Shown here: positions 38,637-52,136 of the stretch, one piece after another
Numbering within the stretch: the first letter of the stretch is position 1
Layout: each line of letters opens with the position of its first letter
DNA from: Kudoa neothunni
Lineage: Eukaryota; Animalia; Cnidaria
Assembly (NCBI GenBank): GCA_964304625.1
Contig: OZ199838.1
Span: forward strand, 12,405,843 to 12,469,842
Length of the DNA stretch: 64,000 nt
Direction of reading: 5' to 3'
Made by a program: the position numbers and the translations under genes
The notes under the pieces: generated by a model
Database searches by the model: none
Seen by the model: only the letters and a program-made list of their open reading frames with translations
What the model was told of the DNA's origin: nothing

Positions 38637-40596
38637 TTATTTAACGACAGGTTGCTGATCGCACTCGTTAGGCGATTTCTGACTGGGCTTCGATTTTATC
38701 ATGCTCTAAAAATATAAATTGCAATTATTATGGCTGGTTTAATGATTAGATATATTAATTTTAGGCGCCAAAAATGTGCCACTAATAATCAATAAACATT
38801 ATATATATATAGAAATCATACAAAGGCACTGTTGGAAACATTAATTTTTTTGATTTTCTGTTTCTGACATTGATTTGTGGGTGGTGTTTGTTTTTTCTGT
38901 TTTTTATCGCATGTTTTATCGCGCTGTCGCGTCTCTTTTATTGATTTTTTACCCACTACAGGTGATGCAGGTGGAGAATGCGATATGACAGGAGTTTTGC
39001 ACTGGGTCGTTATGTTGGTCTGCTTACCCCTCCCGGTTGTTTTTTCGTTGGTTTTTGGCTCGTTGTGACTATGCTGTTGCATAACGTTAATTATTTGTTG
39101 TGGGTAGTAGTGAATTTTAGGGAGAGGGGCAACTTGAGGAGGAGGAGTATGATGGGCTTGGTTTTGGCACAGTTTCGGAGGGGAGCCATTAGCTTTACCA
39201 GTATCACATTGGGCTTGCTTAACGTTTACTTGGTGATTATAATTCACCGGATAACAACTTCTGCCCTAGCATTAATAAATAATGGCTTATTCCAGTAATC
39301 ATAATATATTTAAAACTACCACAGGCCTTCCTTTTGGTGCGGGCGGTTTTTTATTGTGGTTGTTAAAATTTGGAGGTGCTCGATTTCCTCCTGCATCATC
39401 ACAATCATTTCTATCAATTATCATTATTTATCATGTTAATCAATATCAATGATCTTACATCTTCATGCAGTAATAAGCTTCTAAATTAAATCAAATTAGA
39501 TTAGATTAAAATATATTTGAGGGTGATGAATATACTACCTCGCTCGCTTTTCCTCTTCATGTACATCACAAGACCCCAACATCATAGAGGCCATCAAAAA
39601 TGCACCCAAAATCGAACATACTACAGCAACTGTACTCACAGTTTGATCGTCATATACGATGGATTCATTGTATCCTACACGCGAAAAATATTATAATATG
39701 CAGAAATTAATACAAACGGTTGAAACTCGGTAAGAGAACAAAACAACCCGCATAAATCTAAGCTCTTACTTTTCACAAAAACTTTCATCATTTTTTCTCG
39801 GTATATTGTATCATCAGTGAAGACCTGACATTTAACTTCCTCGTCCTTCCATGATACATCAATGTAGTTGATCATACTCACGTATTTTATAACACGCAGA
39901 GTTTCATTTGGTAAAGACAACAGTCTAGTTTCAAAAGGCAGGTAGAAAGGCGGCGTAAATTTCACATTTGGAAATGGATATCCTGACACAATGCAATAGA
40001 TTTCCACTTCATCGCCTGTTATAGCTATGTCCGGACGTTGTTCGAGGTAATAGACTGGTTTTTTGGTGATTCTTAATCGGATACAACTGGTCTCCATCAC
40101 AAACCCTGCAGTAGCGAATCCACATACAAAACAATTCCCATCTTGTTCGTTTATGTTGCCACGAAGTGAAATCTGAAACTCTCCTTCAGCTCCAATGTCA
40201 CCACCTACCACATCGTAACGATCATCGTCAACAGATTCCAATTTTCCTGTGGTTGGATTTCGTGTAGCAAACGTCACATTGGAACCTATCCTACAAGCCA
40301 CTATGTAATCCAAAATGAAATTTTCATATTTGAAAATAAATGGTTCGCTAAAAGTGTCGTTTTCAAATTCGGCAAGTGTTTCCAACTCTGGAGATGCCAC
40401 ATATATTAGATCATCCGCCGATGGAACTATACTCATAAATCACACATTACAATTCAACAAATGCATAAAGATAATTATAATTTAATGAATGAATGAATGA
40501 ATGAAACCTACCAGCTAAAATAGTCGCAATATATGTCAAATTGAGCAGTAATAACAAATGAGGGATCTTAATTTTACAACGGCTGGCCACTTTCAT
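38637..40596 (-). CDS. type I membrane protein with two Ig domains and a P/K/Q-rich cytoplasmic tail; one frameshift at 39574-39577
   Basis: Signal peptide MKVASRCKIKIPHLLLLLNLTYIATILA, Ig motifs (DGNCFVC; GDEVEIYCIVSGYPFPNVKF...VKCQV) and TM VAVVCSILGAFLMASMMLG. Downstream exons are in phase only after removing one G. Confidence 0.8.
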
Positions 40597-41067
40597 TAGT
40601 TAGTATAGTTGGTGAGCAACGATTCTCGGTGCTATATAACAATGCCACACGGCAGGTCGGCTTTAAGTAAAGATTGGAGGTAAAGTTAAGATCCCTCAAA
40701 GGTGGCAATTATGATCATCATCTGTTAGCTATTAATTCTTTTACACAATAATCAGTGTATATGGAGATAAAAAACGAATGTAATAAAATGATGACTAGTC
40801 AACATTTGTGGAATACAATAAGTGTACAAGACAATCAACTCCTAAGGGACCTAAACCAGTCTTTGAGACGGTTAATAAAATTGAAGATCCCAACAACTAC
40901 AAGTAATTCAACTCATCTTTATTTGTAGGAGTAACAATAATTTCGTTAGCTTATTTGTTAGATGGTGTAAACTTATATTATTTTACGCAGCGACCTAAGC
41001 TTAGCAGGTATGTAGTTGATCAAATAAACACTCAGTTTTAACAATAAAAAATCTAATACAATTTTTA

Positions 41068-44000
41068 TCAAACTTTGTTGACACTCTCGATGTTAGGAGT
41101 GGAAGATATTTTCCGGAAAGAGCTCTCATCCAAGTGTAGTGTAATTCGTTCGAATGTGGTCCTTCTTTCGATGTAATAAGTTGCATAAATATTTTTCGAG
41201 GACAACTGATTTTCCTTCAGTGTCGCTGCTGAGTCGTCTGTAGCCGATTGAGGTTGATCGATCGAAACAGACGAAACTGCAGATTTATCATTTTGAGATG
41301 AGACTCTCGGCAAGTTTTCATTAGTGTCTTCAGATTTCGCTGCGTCACCTATTATTGGAATACACGTTAGAAAATGTTGATTCAGATGAAAAGCTGGCCA
41401 TTGTTTTAATATTTGTATATATGTATATATAAAGTATTACTGCTCCTGAGCAAGTTGGATGAGAGTTTTTTAAAATTGGGGATATTCTAAAAACAAACCA
41501 TTACACCCACAACAACCAAACGACTTCCGAACAATACCCCTGATATAATAGGTCGGCATTTAGCGAGAGTACCACTTTTTATAAATTTGTTTACAAATTG
41601 AGCAAAATTTAATTTTTTGTTAACTGAAGTTTCACTACGTCGATGCATGATCCGCGGTTTTCCGTCGGATCCATTATCGTCACCAGCGGTATTGTCTGAG
41701 CCTTGTACAGGCTTATTGGCTTTATCACAATTAGCAACAAATTTTTCATTAAGTGTTGCCGATCGTGAGTGCATTATATTTGGATCCATGTACTGCACAT
41801 GTTGAATCGAAAATGTACCAATAGAATCAAGTAGATCTTTGGTGATTTTTCCAATCAATTCATTATTATCTGAATAACCAACAAATTCAATAGTGTCGCC
41901 AACTTTCATATCCAATTCTTCTGATGTTTTATTTGTGATGCTTTTTATGGCAAGAAATTTGTCTCCATAATCTATTATTTCTCAACGTCAAACACATTTG
42001 TTAAATTCATCATTGAATACTGTATTCTGGTCGCGTTGGAAGGTTGTTTGTAGGGTTGGATTTCACAGAATAATCACTACTATTACGTCGGGAGCAATGG
42101 TCTATCGATTGCAAATCATCTGATGTGTTGTTTCTTTTGATACGTCCCAACATGTGCTTACCTAGTTTGTAGTTTGGATCACCCCTTAAATTTCCATTCT
42201 CGCATATTTTCTCCAATATTACACTGCTATTATTGATACATGTGGTAGCCGATCGTCTGTGAAACTTCATGTCCAACTCGCCTATTTATATGATAAATAT
42301 TTATGCTTGTATATGTGTGGATGTGAACTTGAAAGAGATTTATTTGTATAGGATTTGATGAATAGGGATCCGAGTGGCGAATGATTCAGCTTTGTATTGT
42401 CGGAAGTCTCAGTTTCACACCATCCACCTATTAAATATACAAATATACATCGCGTTTTATTATGTAAGAAAATATAAGTACACACTTTTTTCTTATTTTA
42501 TCTGATTATAATTAATTTTTGCGCATCAATTTGAATTACCTAATTAATCTAATCACTAACCATATAGCCTATCAGTTCGTAATTGTTTTTCGGTTCTATT
42601 AACAAACCGAAGAGGAGTGTTGAAGCATTTATCTATTAAAAGTAAATCTATTAATTTATCCAAGTGGTTGCCCAACTAAAATTTATCAGTTGTATCAGGT
42701 TATCTGGGTATTAGGAATTAGAAGAAAGTTGACTTCTTAAGAGCTTAACTATTCACCAATCTAAAATATAGGTTACATTAAGTCCTTTAAAGTTAATTAT
42801 GAATAATTCTCAAATATTTTTAATTTAAATTTATTTTTAGACGAAATAAATTTTCAAAAATAAATTAAAATCGATACAAAAGGAGCAATCAAAAATTCCC
42901 TTCCAACCCTTCAAATCCTTCCAATTTTATTAGAGTTCTTTTTTTGAAATAAATTTGATGCTTACTTTGAAAAACATTCTACCAATGGTTCTAATGTGAT
43001 AATCTAAGAGATGCCATATTTTACTAATCTCAGATTATTTATGAGGAAAAGGAAATTAAACTTCTAATATACTAAAAATTGATTACACTCCGATGAATTT
43101 TAATTTTAGTGTTAAAATAACTACCCAAGATTTTTATTTATCAAATCAAATCATAAATAATATTGAATTTAAAGGAACAAAAATAAATTTAATCTGAAAG
43201 CTCAATTCAGCTGTAAAACTAATAAAATTCGATCAATAATCCTCATGTTCCTATGATAAATACATTCGTTAGAATTCGTCAGATTTCGCTAGGAAAGTTT
43301 TTAATTTAAAACATAATATTCGAGAAGATTACTTATTAATATTGTGTTAAAAATATTTTATTTATTATATGAGCAAGTGGTGTAATATTTATTGAAATCT
43401 TGACGTAAAAATGTTCGTAGGGTGAATTTTGCAACAATTTTCCTTGGAAATATTTAAAAATCGCACATTTTGTTCGTGCACTTGGTGTAAAATATTTTGA
43501 AGTAATAGATAAGGTAGAAACCTTAAGATTTTGGATTATTCAAAAATTATCTTCTAACCATATTATCATTAGCGTTTTTTTGTATACAAAAAACGCATTT
43601 AAACGTTACAAATCAACTAAATGGAATAATTCCATCATAAGCCATCTTTACTTATTGCATATTTACCCGACTTCTCAGTGTTCATTCTCGTCAGATTCTT
43701 ACGACATATCAGTTGTAAAATACTCATAATCAATTTCAAAATAATTTAAATCATCATTATAACTATTATCAATTAAATCCATCTCCATTTCCGCAACAAT
43801 ATAATTAAACGGGAAGTCGCGTGACCTTTTTCGTTTGAATAATTACGGCATAACTTCAAGTTTATCCATCAGATAAACCTAACATTGGATATATATATAT
43901 ATATATATATAATGAGTAACATTTTATCTATCATTTTTGGTAGCATAAGTTTGAGTTAATTTTTATAATTTTTTATTTTTAGCGTTAAAATTTTAATACC

Positions 44001-45816
44001 ATGTAGTTCTTACTATTTTCGAAGATTAAAAAAGATCTTATATCGTATGAAGAGAAAATACATCACTTATACAACCCACAACTTCATGTTGAGGTTAAAA
44101 TTTACTCTAAATCCATTTGAGGAATGGTTTTCACCCGGTGATCCATGGATGCCAAGGGGTCTCCAAAGTTTGCTTAACACTCATACTGAGTTTGGGGTCA
44201 AAAGTGATCTCAGAGAAAAGTTAACTTCTTCAAAGCTATATTGATCAATATTAAAAACTCAAATTTATCGTTGTAAATTTCACCTTTATATATGCCATTT
44301 TATGTGCTAAAGTATTGTTTATTATATTTTAACACATTTCACTTTTATTCACGTATTAACTTAAATTCACCTTTAAATGAGTTTGGGGTCATTTTTTACC
44401 CCCAAAATAAATAATTATATTATGACATTAACAATTCGAAGTAATAAATAAATTCAAATATTATCTTTGATATTAAAATCTTTCCAACGTTTAAGATCCT
44501 TCTAAGGTTTTTAGAGGGATCCTGAACAGCGGTAGGGCATAACATGGTCCGTGGGCCGGGTCTTCCCCATGATATCCCATTCAGCCATCGGGAGCGATAG
44601 TATTTATACTATAGAATTCATCTATTCGTGATAGATTTAGTATTTAATTCCTCTTTAAGATATTTTAAAAGCCAGACTGATATTAATTCATCCGTAAATA
44701 TAAAATTGCCATATCTTTTTACACTCAAGTTTAATAACTGTTTACATTAGACTTACAATTAGAAACATGAATCATTATTGCATGTGGCTAACAATATTTA
44801 GAAAATTTAAAGAAATAAAGTATATGAATTAAAAGAAATGCGCGGCGTCACACAAGTTGTGCAAACTAAAAAAAAATAACGTTGTAGAAGGAGACCTCCT
44901 TATTTATATTTTTTGGGATGGCGCTTATTATAAACAGATTAGCCCTACTTTAAATAATAAAATTACTCCGCTACAAACTACCTGATTCAATAATCTATAC
45001 AAAAATCTATTGAAAAATGATCCATTTAATTTATTAATTTGTTTTTGAAAAATCATCGATAACCCAATTATACATGCAACTCCTTCACATGATGTTTAAT
45101 TTTAACCACAGCGGATACTGAAAAGCGAAAATTGATAACAAGTGCCTTGTTTTTAACAAAGATTTTGTTGAAATGTATTTATTTGTACATGTTGACCCAA
45201 TGCTGTTAGCCATATTTATCGCAATATCTGTGCAGTACTCAAAAAACAAAATTAATATTTTTTATTAAATTTTATTTAAAATTCAATTCAATTAATATTA
45301 ACTTCTTTTAAAATAATTACCTTCAGGCCTGTGATCAAATCTTTTTTATAAAAATCCGTCCCCGCAAAAATATAATTGTCCACCTCTTAACGAGAAGAAA
45401 ATATAATGTTAGTATTATTGAAGAATTTTCAAATGAATACAGCATTGACAACGTAGTCAGCCAGAATTAAATTTCGCGAAAATGAGAATTAAATTAAATG
45501 ATAAGATGGTCCATTTGTCCAAAAGAGCATAAAAAGAAACGTTCAACGAGCCATTAAAATTGTATGAAACCTATGTTTAACCCTCATATATCAATATTTT
45601 GTGAAAATCGCATCCAGAATTATAGTTAGATAATTATATTTTATAAATTTTAGTACTTTTGTCGTTTCTGATGGGGCAATTTATTCGTAAAACTACTATT
45701 CCTATCCTGGGGTCAGAAACGACACCAAACTCATTTATAGGTGAAAATCGTCGACTCAGTACGAGTGTTAAAGGATCCACAGAACCGAACGAATATTGGA
45801 AACTAATAATAGGCAT
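41068..45816 (-). CDS. SH3-domain protein, possibly a derived ARHGAP32/33 (CdGAPr)-like protein without a GAP domain; further 5' exons likely up to 52136
   Basis: Phase-compatible exons 45816-45657, 42427-42329, 42281-42021 and onward. SH3-like KFLAIKSITNKTSEELDMKVGDTIEF...IGK...IGTFSIQHVQYM is followed by KKLNFAQFVNKFIKS. Confidence 0.65.
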
Positions 45817-46178
45817 CTATTTAAAAATACACGTTGTTTAAGTCGTTAGCGATGTCGAACAAATTTTAAAAACAAGATATTTTATTTTTTTGTAGATAAA
45901 TGCATGCATATTTTTTATAAAACTTGTATTTTATTTATTCACAATTTTCTTAATATGTATGAGACCCGCATAACAATTTCACCTTGTCGGAGGCTCGCGA
46001 TTCCAAAAAGGTTGAGAACCCCTGTACTAGGAGGTTAATTCGTTTATTGAATTATTATATTCTCCAAAATTTTACTAAAAATATAAGATTCAGGGATAAG
46101 TGGGGATTATCGTAATTAGAGTAAAGCTGTGGAGAAGTTCAGGCAATACCTGAAGGGAAGGCCATTCATCATCTACAC

Positions 46179-46755
46179 CAGCGGTTCTCAAAATGGGTTC
46201 CATGAAACAAGGGCAGGAGTTTCACAAAGCTACAATGAAAAATAACATTTAATCATAACATAAGAAATCAGTAAAGATCTTATCTTATGATGTCAGTGAA
46301 TTTTCACTAATAGTTAAAGTTGATAACATTGGTGATAGCTGGCTTTCATCGTTTAGGTACATACGAATGCACCTGCAGTAGGATTGTACTGCTTTGCTGT
46401 TAACACAAGAATTTCTTCTATTCAAAAAATTATTTTAACTAGTATTAAAACTCTATAATGGATCGATGATTAGAAATGATATGTAAAGTCTCAACTAAAG
46501 AAGACACGGAAATAAATTAATTGACAAATGAACTATCCGCAAGCATTAATCAAAAAACATGGAACATGCCCCAATTTGTTATGTGCATTAAATTATTTTC
46601 TTTATTATATGTATTTGCGATTCCAATTTCTATGTGTTACAAATAAAACATTTTTTTTATTATAATAAGTATTAACTCATTAAAGTTAGTTCGATAAACC
46701 TTAATGGGTTAATTTAGATAAGGGTTCCAACGCATAACAAGTTTTAGAACCACTG
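46179..46755. mobile_element. hAT (Charlie-like) MITE
   Basis: TIRs CAGCGGTTCTCAAA and TTTTAGAACCACTG, TSD ATCTACAC/ACCTACAC. Confidence 0.85.
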
Positions 46756-47886
46756 ACCTACACGGATCACTAAGCCTTAATCTCGCTGCTAAGCACCCTA
46801 AAAAGACTCCCTTCCAAGACTTCTCTGTGAGTACAGAAATGGGAGATCTATCTATTTTTCTGCCGTAATATCTAATTGTATTTGAGAAACACATACAACA
46901 AAAGCTTTCCCTAATAAAAATAAATAAGCATTGCGTAATCTTTTCTTTTCTTTTTTTATTTTAAATATTTATTATTTGACCTTAAATTAGAGGTGAAATT
47001 CATCCCATCATATCATAAATGAAATTATACGTCCGATTTAAGCAAAGATTTGTTATGCTAATCATGAACTATTTGTTAAATTTTGCAATTATTATTTTAT
47101 AAGCGATATACATAATTTATTAATTAGAATCAGATTTAGTTATTCAATGTGATCCACCCCTACCTTTATATGATTCAAACAATTATCTATAATCAAAACT
47201 ACACAAAGCGAGGTTAAAATTTATTTTTATAACAAGAAATTTAGGCTTATGCAACATTAAAAAGTGGTTATTTTAGCTGAAGTGAATACTGTCTATTGTG
47301 CCGAGCTGAAGATTAAAATAAAAGATTTAAACGCTAATATAAAGGTTCGATGATGTATCACGAGGCCGTAGACTGTATCCGATAATTCAATACACAGGAA
47401 TACCTTACATAATAGTATTTATATTAATGCGAGTTTGCTACCTAATCAGTCCAATAATTTTATCATCTAATGCGAAATAATCAGCAAAATTATTAAAAGC
47501 TTCATGGTTTCTCACTTTCCTCTGTATACTGTCTGCGTGTTAATCTTTTTAGATGCATCTCCGTCAAATTTGTTTCATTAATGAGCCCATATCACGTGCC
47601 TCATCCACCTATGTATAGTGTATAGTCAGCTTTATTTTTAACTTCATTCTTGTAACTGCAATTATGAATGAAAATGACAGATAATGATGAAATAAAACTT
47701 TTGAAAAAATGTTACTAGTTGGATTAAGAAGATAATGAAAGCATTAATCACATTAATAGAGACAATGATTTGGTTGTGGAGATCAGTTAAATATATTGTT
47801 ATTATTCACCTTCAGTGGATTATTTTGTTTACCCGTAGAATTTAAAAAAAAATTCATTTTTTCGTAAACTTTATTCCAACTGCTAA

Positions 47887-49741
47887 CCATCTGGGTGCTT
47901 TTGGGGTCTAATAGACCCCACAATTTTATTTTATCGTTTTATGTATAAAATTATAATAAAATGGAATTGAGAATATGAGAAAAATGTATCGATGAAATAA
48001 AGAGAAAAAAGAGACATACTTTATAGCGAGTTTATACGCTTATACACGAACCGTGCTTATTACGGAAATTTGTCTTCATGGAGGCCTTTAACGAAGTATA
48101 TTCCGCTGATTGTAATTCCGACGTCAGTAAGATCATCGATTCCTCTGATTTTTTTGAATATGACGACAATAAAGCCTTATCTGGGCTGCAGAAGCTTTAA
48201 AACCCCCCAAAATACTACAAAAAAACTTTGTAAGTAAGGTATCTGGCCTTGCGCATATTGCAGTTCAAAGAATCCTTCGTATAACAGATTTTTGACATAT
48301 TTTTGGATGACAATTTTATCAGAAATGTTGCATGCAATGCCAATATAGTTGACTTTCATTATTATAATCGTGGTTGCAAAGAGATTTAAGTTATTGAAAA
48401 TTGCTCTTATTATGGTTAGAACATTTTGAGCTAATAAGAGGTATGTTCGGCGTATAATGAAAAGAAAATTCTAGCCTTTCGAGCCCATAAAATAATAAGA
48501 ATTTGTTAATTTTAGTCAATTCAACAGCTTATACAAATATACTGAATGATGAAAAAAAGAAGCCAGGTAGCATCAATTATTATAACAAAATTAAATGAGC
48601 TATTGATACGATTGATGGGATTTTCACCTCCACAAATTTAAAAAGATATTCCAGACGCCAGCCAGGAGTTATGTTTTAAAATATCGACATAAATCTCTTA
48701 AACGCATTTTGGTTATACAAAATCATATTCAATGATGGAGAAATCAAGAGAGCCTAATTTTTAGAGAATCTCGTTAGCAAATTTTGTTCCTTCAGCAGTT
48801 CATAGGCACTAAATTTATATTTAACCCAACGGCAGGAAATCCAAATAGCACCAATACTGTTGTGAAAAATCTCGTAAACAATGTGCTGTTAGCTCAAGAA
48901 ACAGTGATAGTAAGATAATGCATATGTGTTGTATGTAAGAAACATTGCTGCAAAGAACATTCCGAATGTGCTTGTTTTAATTGTTCATTGGACACAAATA
49001 AATGTCTGGATTACATTATAATTTTCATATTTTTGCGGAATGAGATTTCCGTTTTGACGCACATAATAAATTGTTAATTAAATACAGAGTATTTATTTTA
49101 TAATAGATCTGATATAAATAATGATATTACAGTTCTTTTAAACTCACAAAAAATAATTGAAAGGCTCATAGAAAGAAAATTTTAACTTTACATTGATATA
49201 TGCGTTTTAGTTGAACACTGGAGATCTTTTATTCCATTTTGTTGATAACTATTGTGCTTTATCGTAAAGTTTTAGTCCAATTCAATTGTTAAGATTGTTG
49301 CAACTATTATTCATAACACTATGATCAAAAATACAACAGTAATCTTCTTCGAGATAATAGTAGTTTATATATATAATAAAGTAATTAACTACTATCTTGA
49401 GGATTCTAATGCTTGATAATTAAAGGTCATTATTTTGTATTAATAGAATCCCATAGGTATTCTAACATCAATATATATGAGATAATCTGATAAACATTAT
49501 TTTAAATATTTTTAAAAGTTAATATTAAATATTATTTTGTAAAAATGTATAAAACAAGAATATACAGCCTTAACATCATTCGTGTGACGTCGGTTAATTT
49601 CGTCTCCTCATGTTTCTTGCCATTGTTGCGTGATTTTGTCGATAGAACTTTTTTATTTTTTCATGATTAAATTTAAAAAATGTTTAAATTCATAATGTAA
49701 TATAAAAAATGAGGTCCATTAGACCCCAACAGCACCAAGTG
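47887..49741 (+). mobile_element. decayed piggyBac element
   Basis: TIRs GGTGCTTTTGGGGTCTAATAGACCCCA and TGAGGTCCATTAGACCCCAACAGCACC. Remnants KKPGSINYYNKIK*AIDTID, IDINLLNAFWLY and a Cys-rich tail. Confidence 0.75.
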
Positions 49742-49926
49742 TATATAGTCGATTTTGAAGCGCCTGGAAGGTTAAATAAAAATTTACCTTAAAAAAACTA
49801 AAAGTGTAGACTTTATACGATGCATTTAATTCTTCTGAGTAATTAACCGAACCGCAGGAGTTTTTGGCATTATAATAATAAGAACAATATATTTTGCGAA
49901 AAAATACTCTCAACGAAACAAATGGT

Positions 49927-50932
49927 AAAGTAAGTAACCTATTTCACGCACTTTAAAGAGCCTATTTAATTAGAATATTGACTGATTATTGCTTCTATAA
50001 TATGTCCTTATAATATTTCAATCAAAATTTGTATAAAAATTATTTTATAAAGTTACGAAATAATGTAACTAAAAGTCACGTGCTTGACCAATTTCAGGCA
50101 CATTTTTCAGGTACTTCTTGTTTATTATTTAATTAAGTCGATATTTAATTCAAAAAACTCCTATAACTATACCTTTTGCCGAAAAGTACAATATTACTTA
50201 TTATTATGAAAATCTCCAATCGAATGACCCAAAAACTGCCACTATATCACGTCTTAAAGTATCTATTATCTCGATTCCAAATGGCATCCTAGCGATAAAT
50301 AATGAAATAATCAAAACCCATAAATGTTTTTAGAATCTAAAAATAGAAGTTATTTGCATGCAGTACAATGTAATTCTGTTGGTGAAGATGTATATGAGTG
50401 GATTGGATGGACACGAAGCAAAAAGATTGTAACAAGCGTCATCACAATAATTATCAAGAGAAATCAATTAGCCAAAGAAAAAGGTTTACCTTCATGTGCA
50501 ATTCGTTGAGGGTTTCGTTGTTTTTAGAAAAGGTCCAGCATTCAAAAATCAAATTTTATTAGCTAATCCGCGGATGCTACACTTGAAACTACTTCAGAGT
50601 GGACCAATCAAATCAAAACATTTTATAAAAGATACTCTGAAAATTGTATTTACAATGTAGACGAAACTGCCTTATTCTACTGATAGCAACAAGGGGAATA
50701 TTTCATAGATCGTTGAAAAATATTTTTATGCTGTTAACAAGTTTCCCGAGTTTTAATTATCTTTAAAAATTAATACAAAGTTAACTGACCTTTTTAAACG
50801 CAACTTAACTATTATTAGATGTTAATTTTTTCTAAAATAATCGCGCACACAAATATATGAAATTGGACGTGACCGATTTGACGCATTTTTTTCTTGGTCC
50901 GGAGGGGATTACGTGAAAATGGTTTCTTACGG
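49927..50932 (+). mobile_element. decayed pogo/Tigger (CENP-B-like) element
   Basis: TIRs GTAAGTAACCTATTTCACG and CGTGAAAATGGTTTCTTACG-GTA. Remnants VYEWIGWTRSK (HTH) and IYNVDETALFY. Confidence 0.75.
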
Positions 50933-51411
50933 TAATAGATTACATTAATTTTAATACAAAAAGACCAAACTTACATATTGGAACGAACCATTGCAATATA
51001 TTTATGCAGGAGTTGGTATTGTTTATAATAGCCAGAATAGATAATAAGTAGGTTAATCATCTAATACGTGAAAAGTGAAAATGACAAATCAAAGAGTTAA
51101 TGTTTGTCAGTACACTAACAAATCTAGTATTAAATAAAATCCTCCAAACGTTACATAAGTTATAATATTCGGTGAACAAATAATACAAAATAGATTATAA
51201 TCGTAGAACAATTATTATAAAGTTCATGTTGAACAATAATGATAATATAACACATTCGAAAAATCAAATCTAACAAATGGCTTTAAGTAATTGTGAGGTG
51301 TGACTTAATTTGATGAGTCAGTCACTCATTTATCTTCCATTGGTTTTCATTAATTCAAAAAAGATTTGATCCATTAAAATCGTACCATATTAGCAATCCT
51401 AATGTGAATAC

Positions 51412-52136
51412 TTTCTCGTAGAAAAAAATTCGCTGCGACTCGGCCAAAGTCGCCGAACAGGTAACATAATGAGCAGTGCTTAATCTAGCGCAATTCCCAC
51501 AAAACCATTGATATGATTAGATGGGTGGGGATTGGTTGGGAAAAATTTAGTATTAGTAATCCATCCAAGTAGAGCAGCACTTCACTCAAGTTCAAAATAC
51601 CCTGTGTATTTTAGGTTGGTAACAGATGAAAATAACTTTACACTAGGGCGTAATATTACACAAAGGTGGTGTAATATTGACAAAAGAATAACACCACTCA
51701 CAGCTATATCACATATGTATCAAATCGAATAGTTTGCTATTTCAAAGTTAAATAGTCCCCGATGTGTTGAATAAGTTTGAATATTCGATTATCAGCTTAG
51801 CTGTAATTGTTTGCGTTAACGAAATTGGCTTAACCCAAAAGCAATCTAATCCAATCCACACAACAAATGTTACACAAATGGTTGCACATAATTAACACAC
51901 AACCAAATATAGTTACACCGTAACTGCGACGCGACAGTGAGCGCATATGTACTCGGTCATCATCCGTAAAACCTATTTTCTAATTACCAGTAGATTCACA
52001 GTTGCCTAGCTTGTTAGAAGCAAAAAATATTCGAGATAAAATATATTAATGAGGCAGTGAAATCAACAAAACACGAATAAGTATATTTGGGCGAGGCTCG
52101 AGTTGCCGATGATCGTCGACGGTTTGACACGGACAT
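51412..52136 (-). other. probable 5' exons of the SH3 gene (MSVSNRRRSSATRASPKYTYS; FTDDDRVHMRSLSRRSY; LAESQRIFFYEK)
   Basis: Exon-like GC content with GT/AG boundaries, divergent from the hnRNP gene. The exact splice path is unresolved. Confidence 0.4.

Noticed and set aside
38877-39298. Hydrophobic + strand ORFs
   Set aside because: Antisense shadows of the P/K/Q-rich tail exon of the Ig gene.
40581-40664. Y RNA, vault RNA or SRP RNA (GGCTGG start, CAGGTCGG)
   Set aside because: Lacks the Ro-binding bulged helix, the B box and the SRP helix-8 GNRA/AGCAG motif. Kept only as an unexplained hairpin.
41487-41537. GVLFG read as the start of a RhoGAP domain
   Set aside because: The in-phase donor GGG|GTATTG puts VLFG in an intron, and no GAP domain follows.
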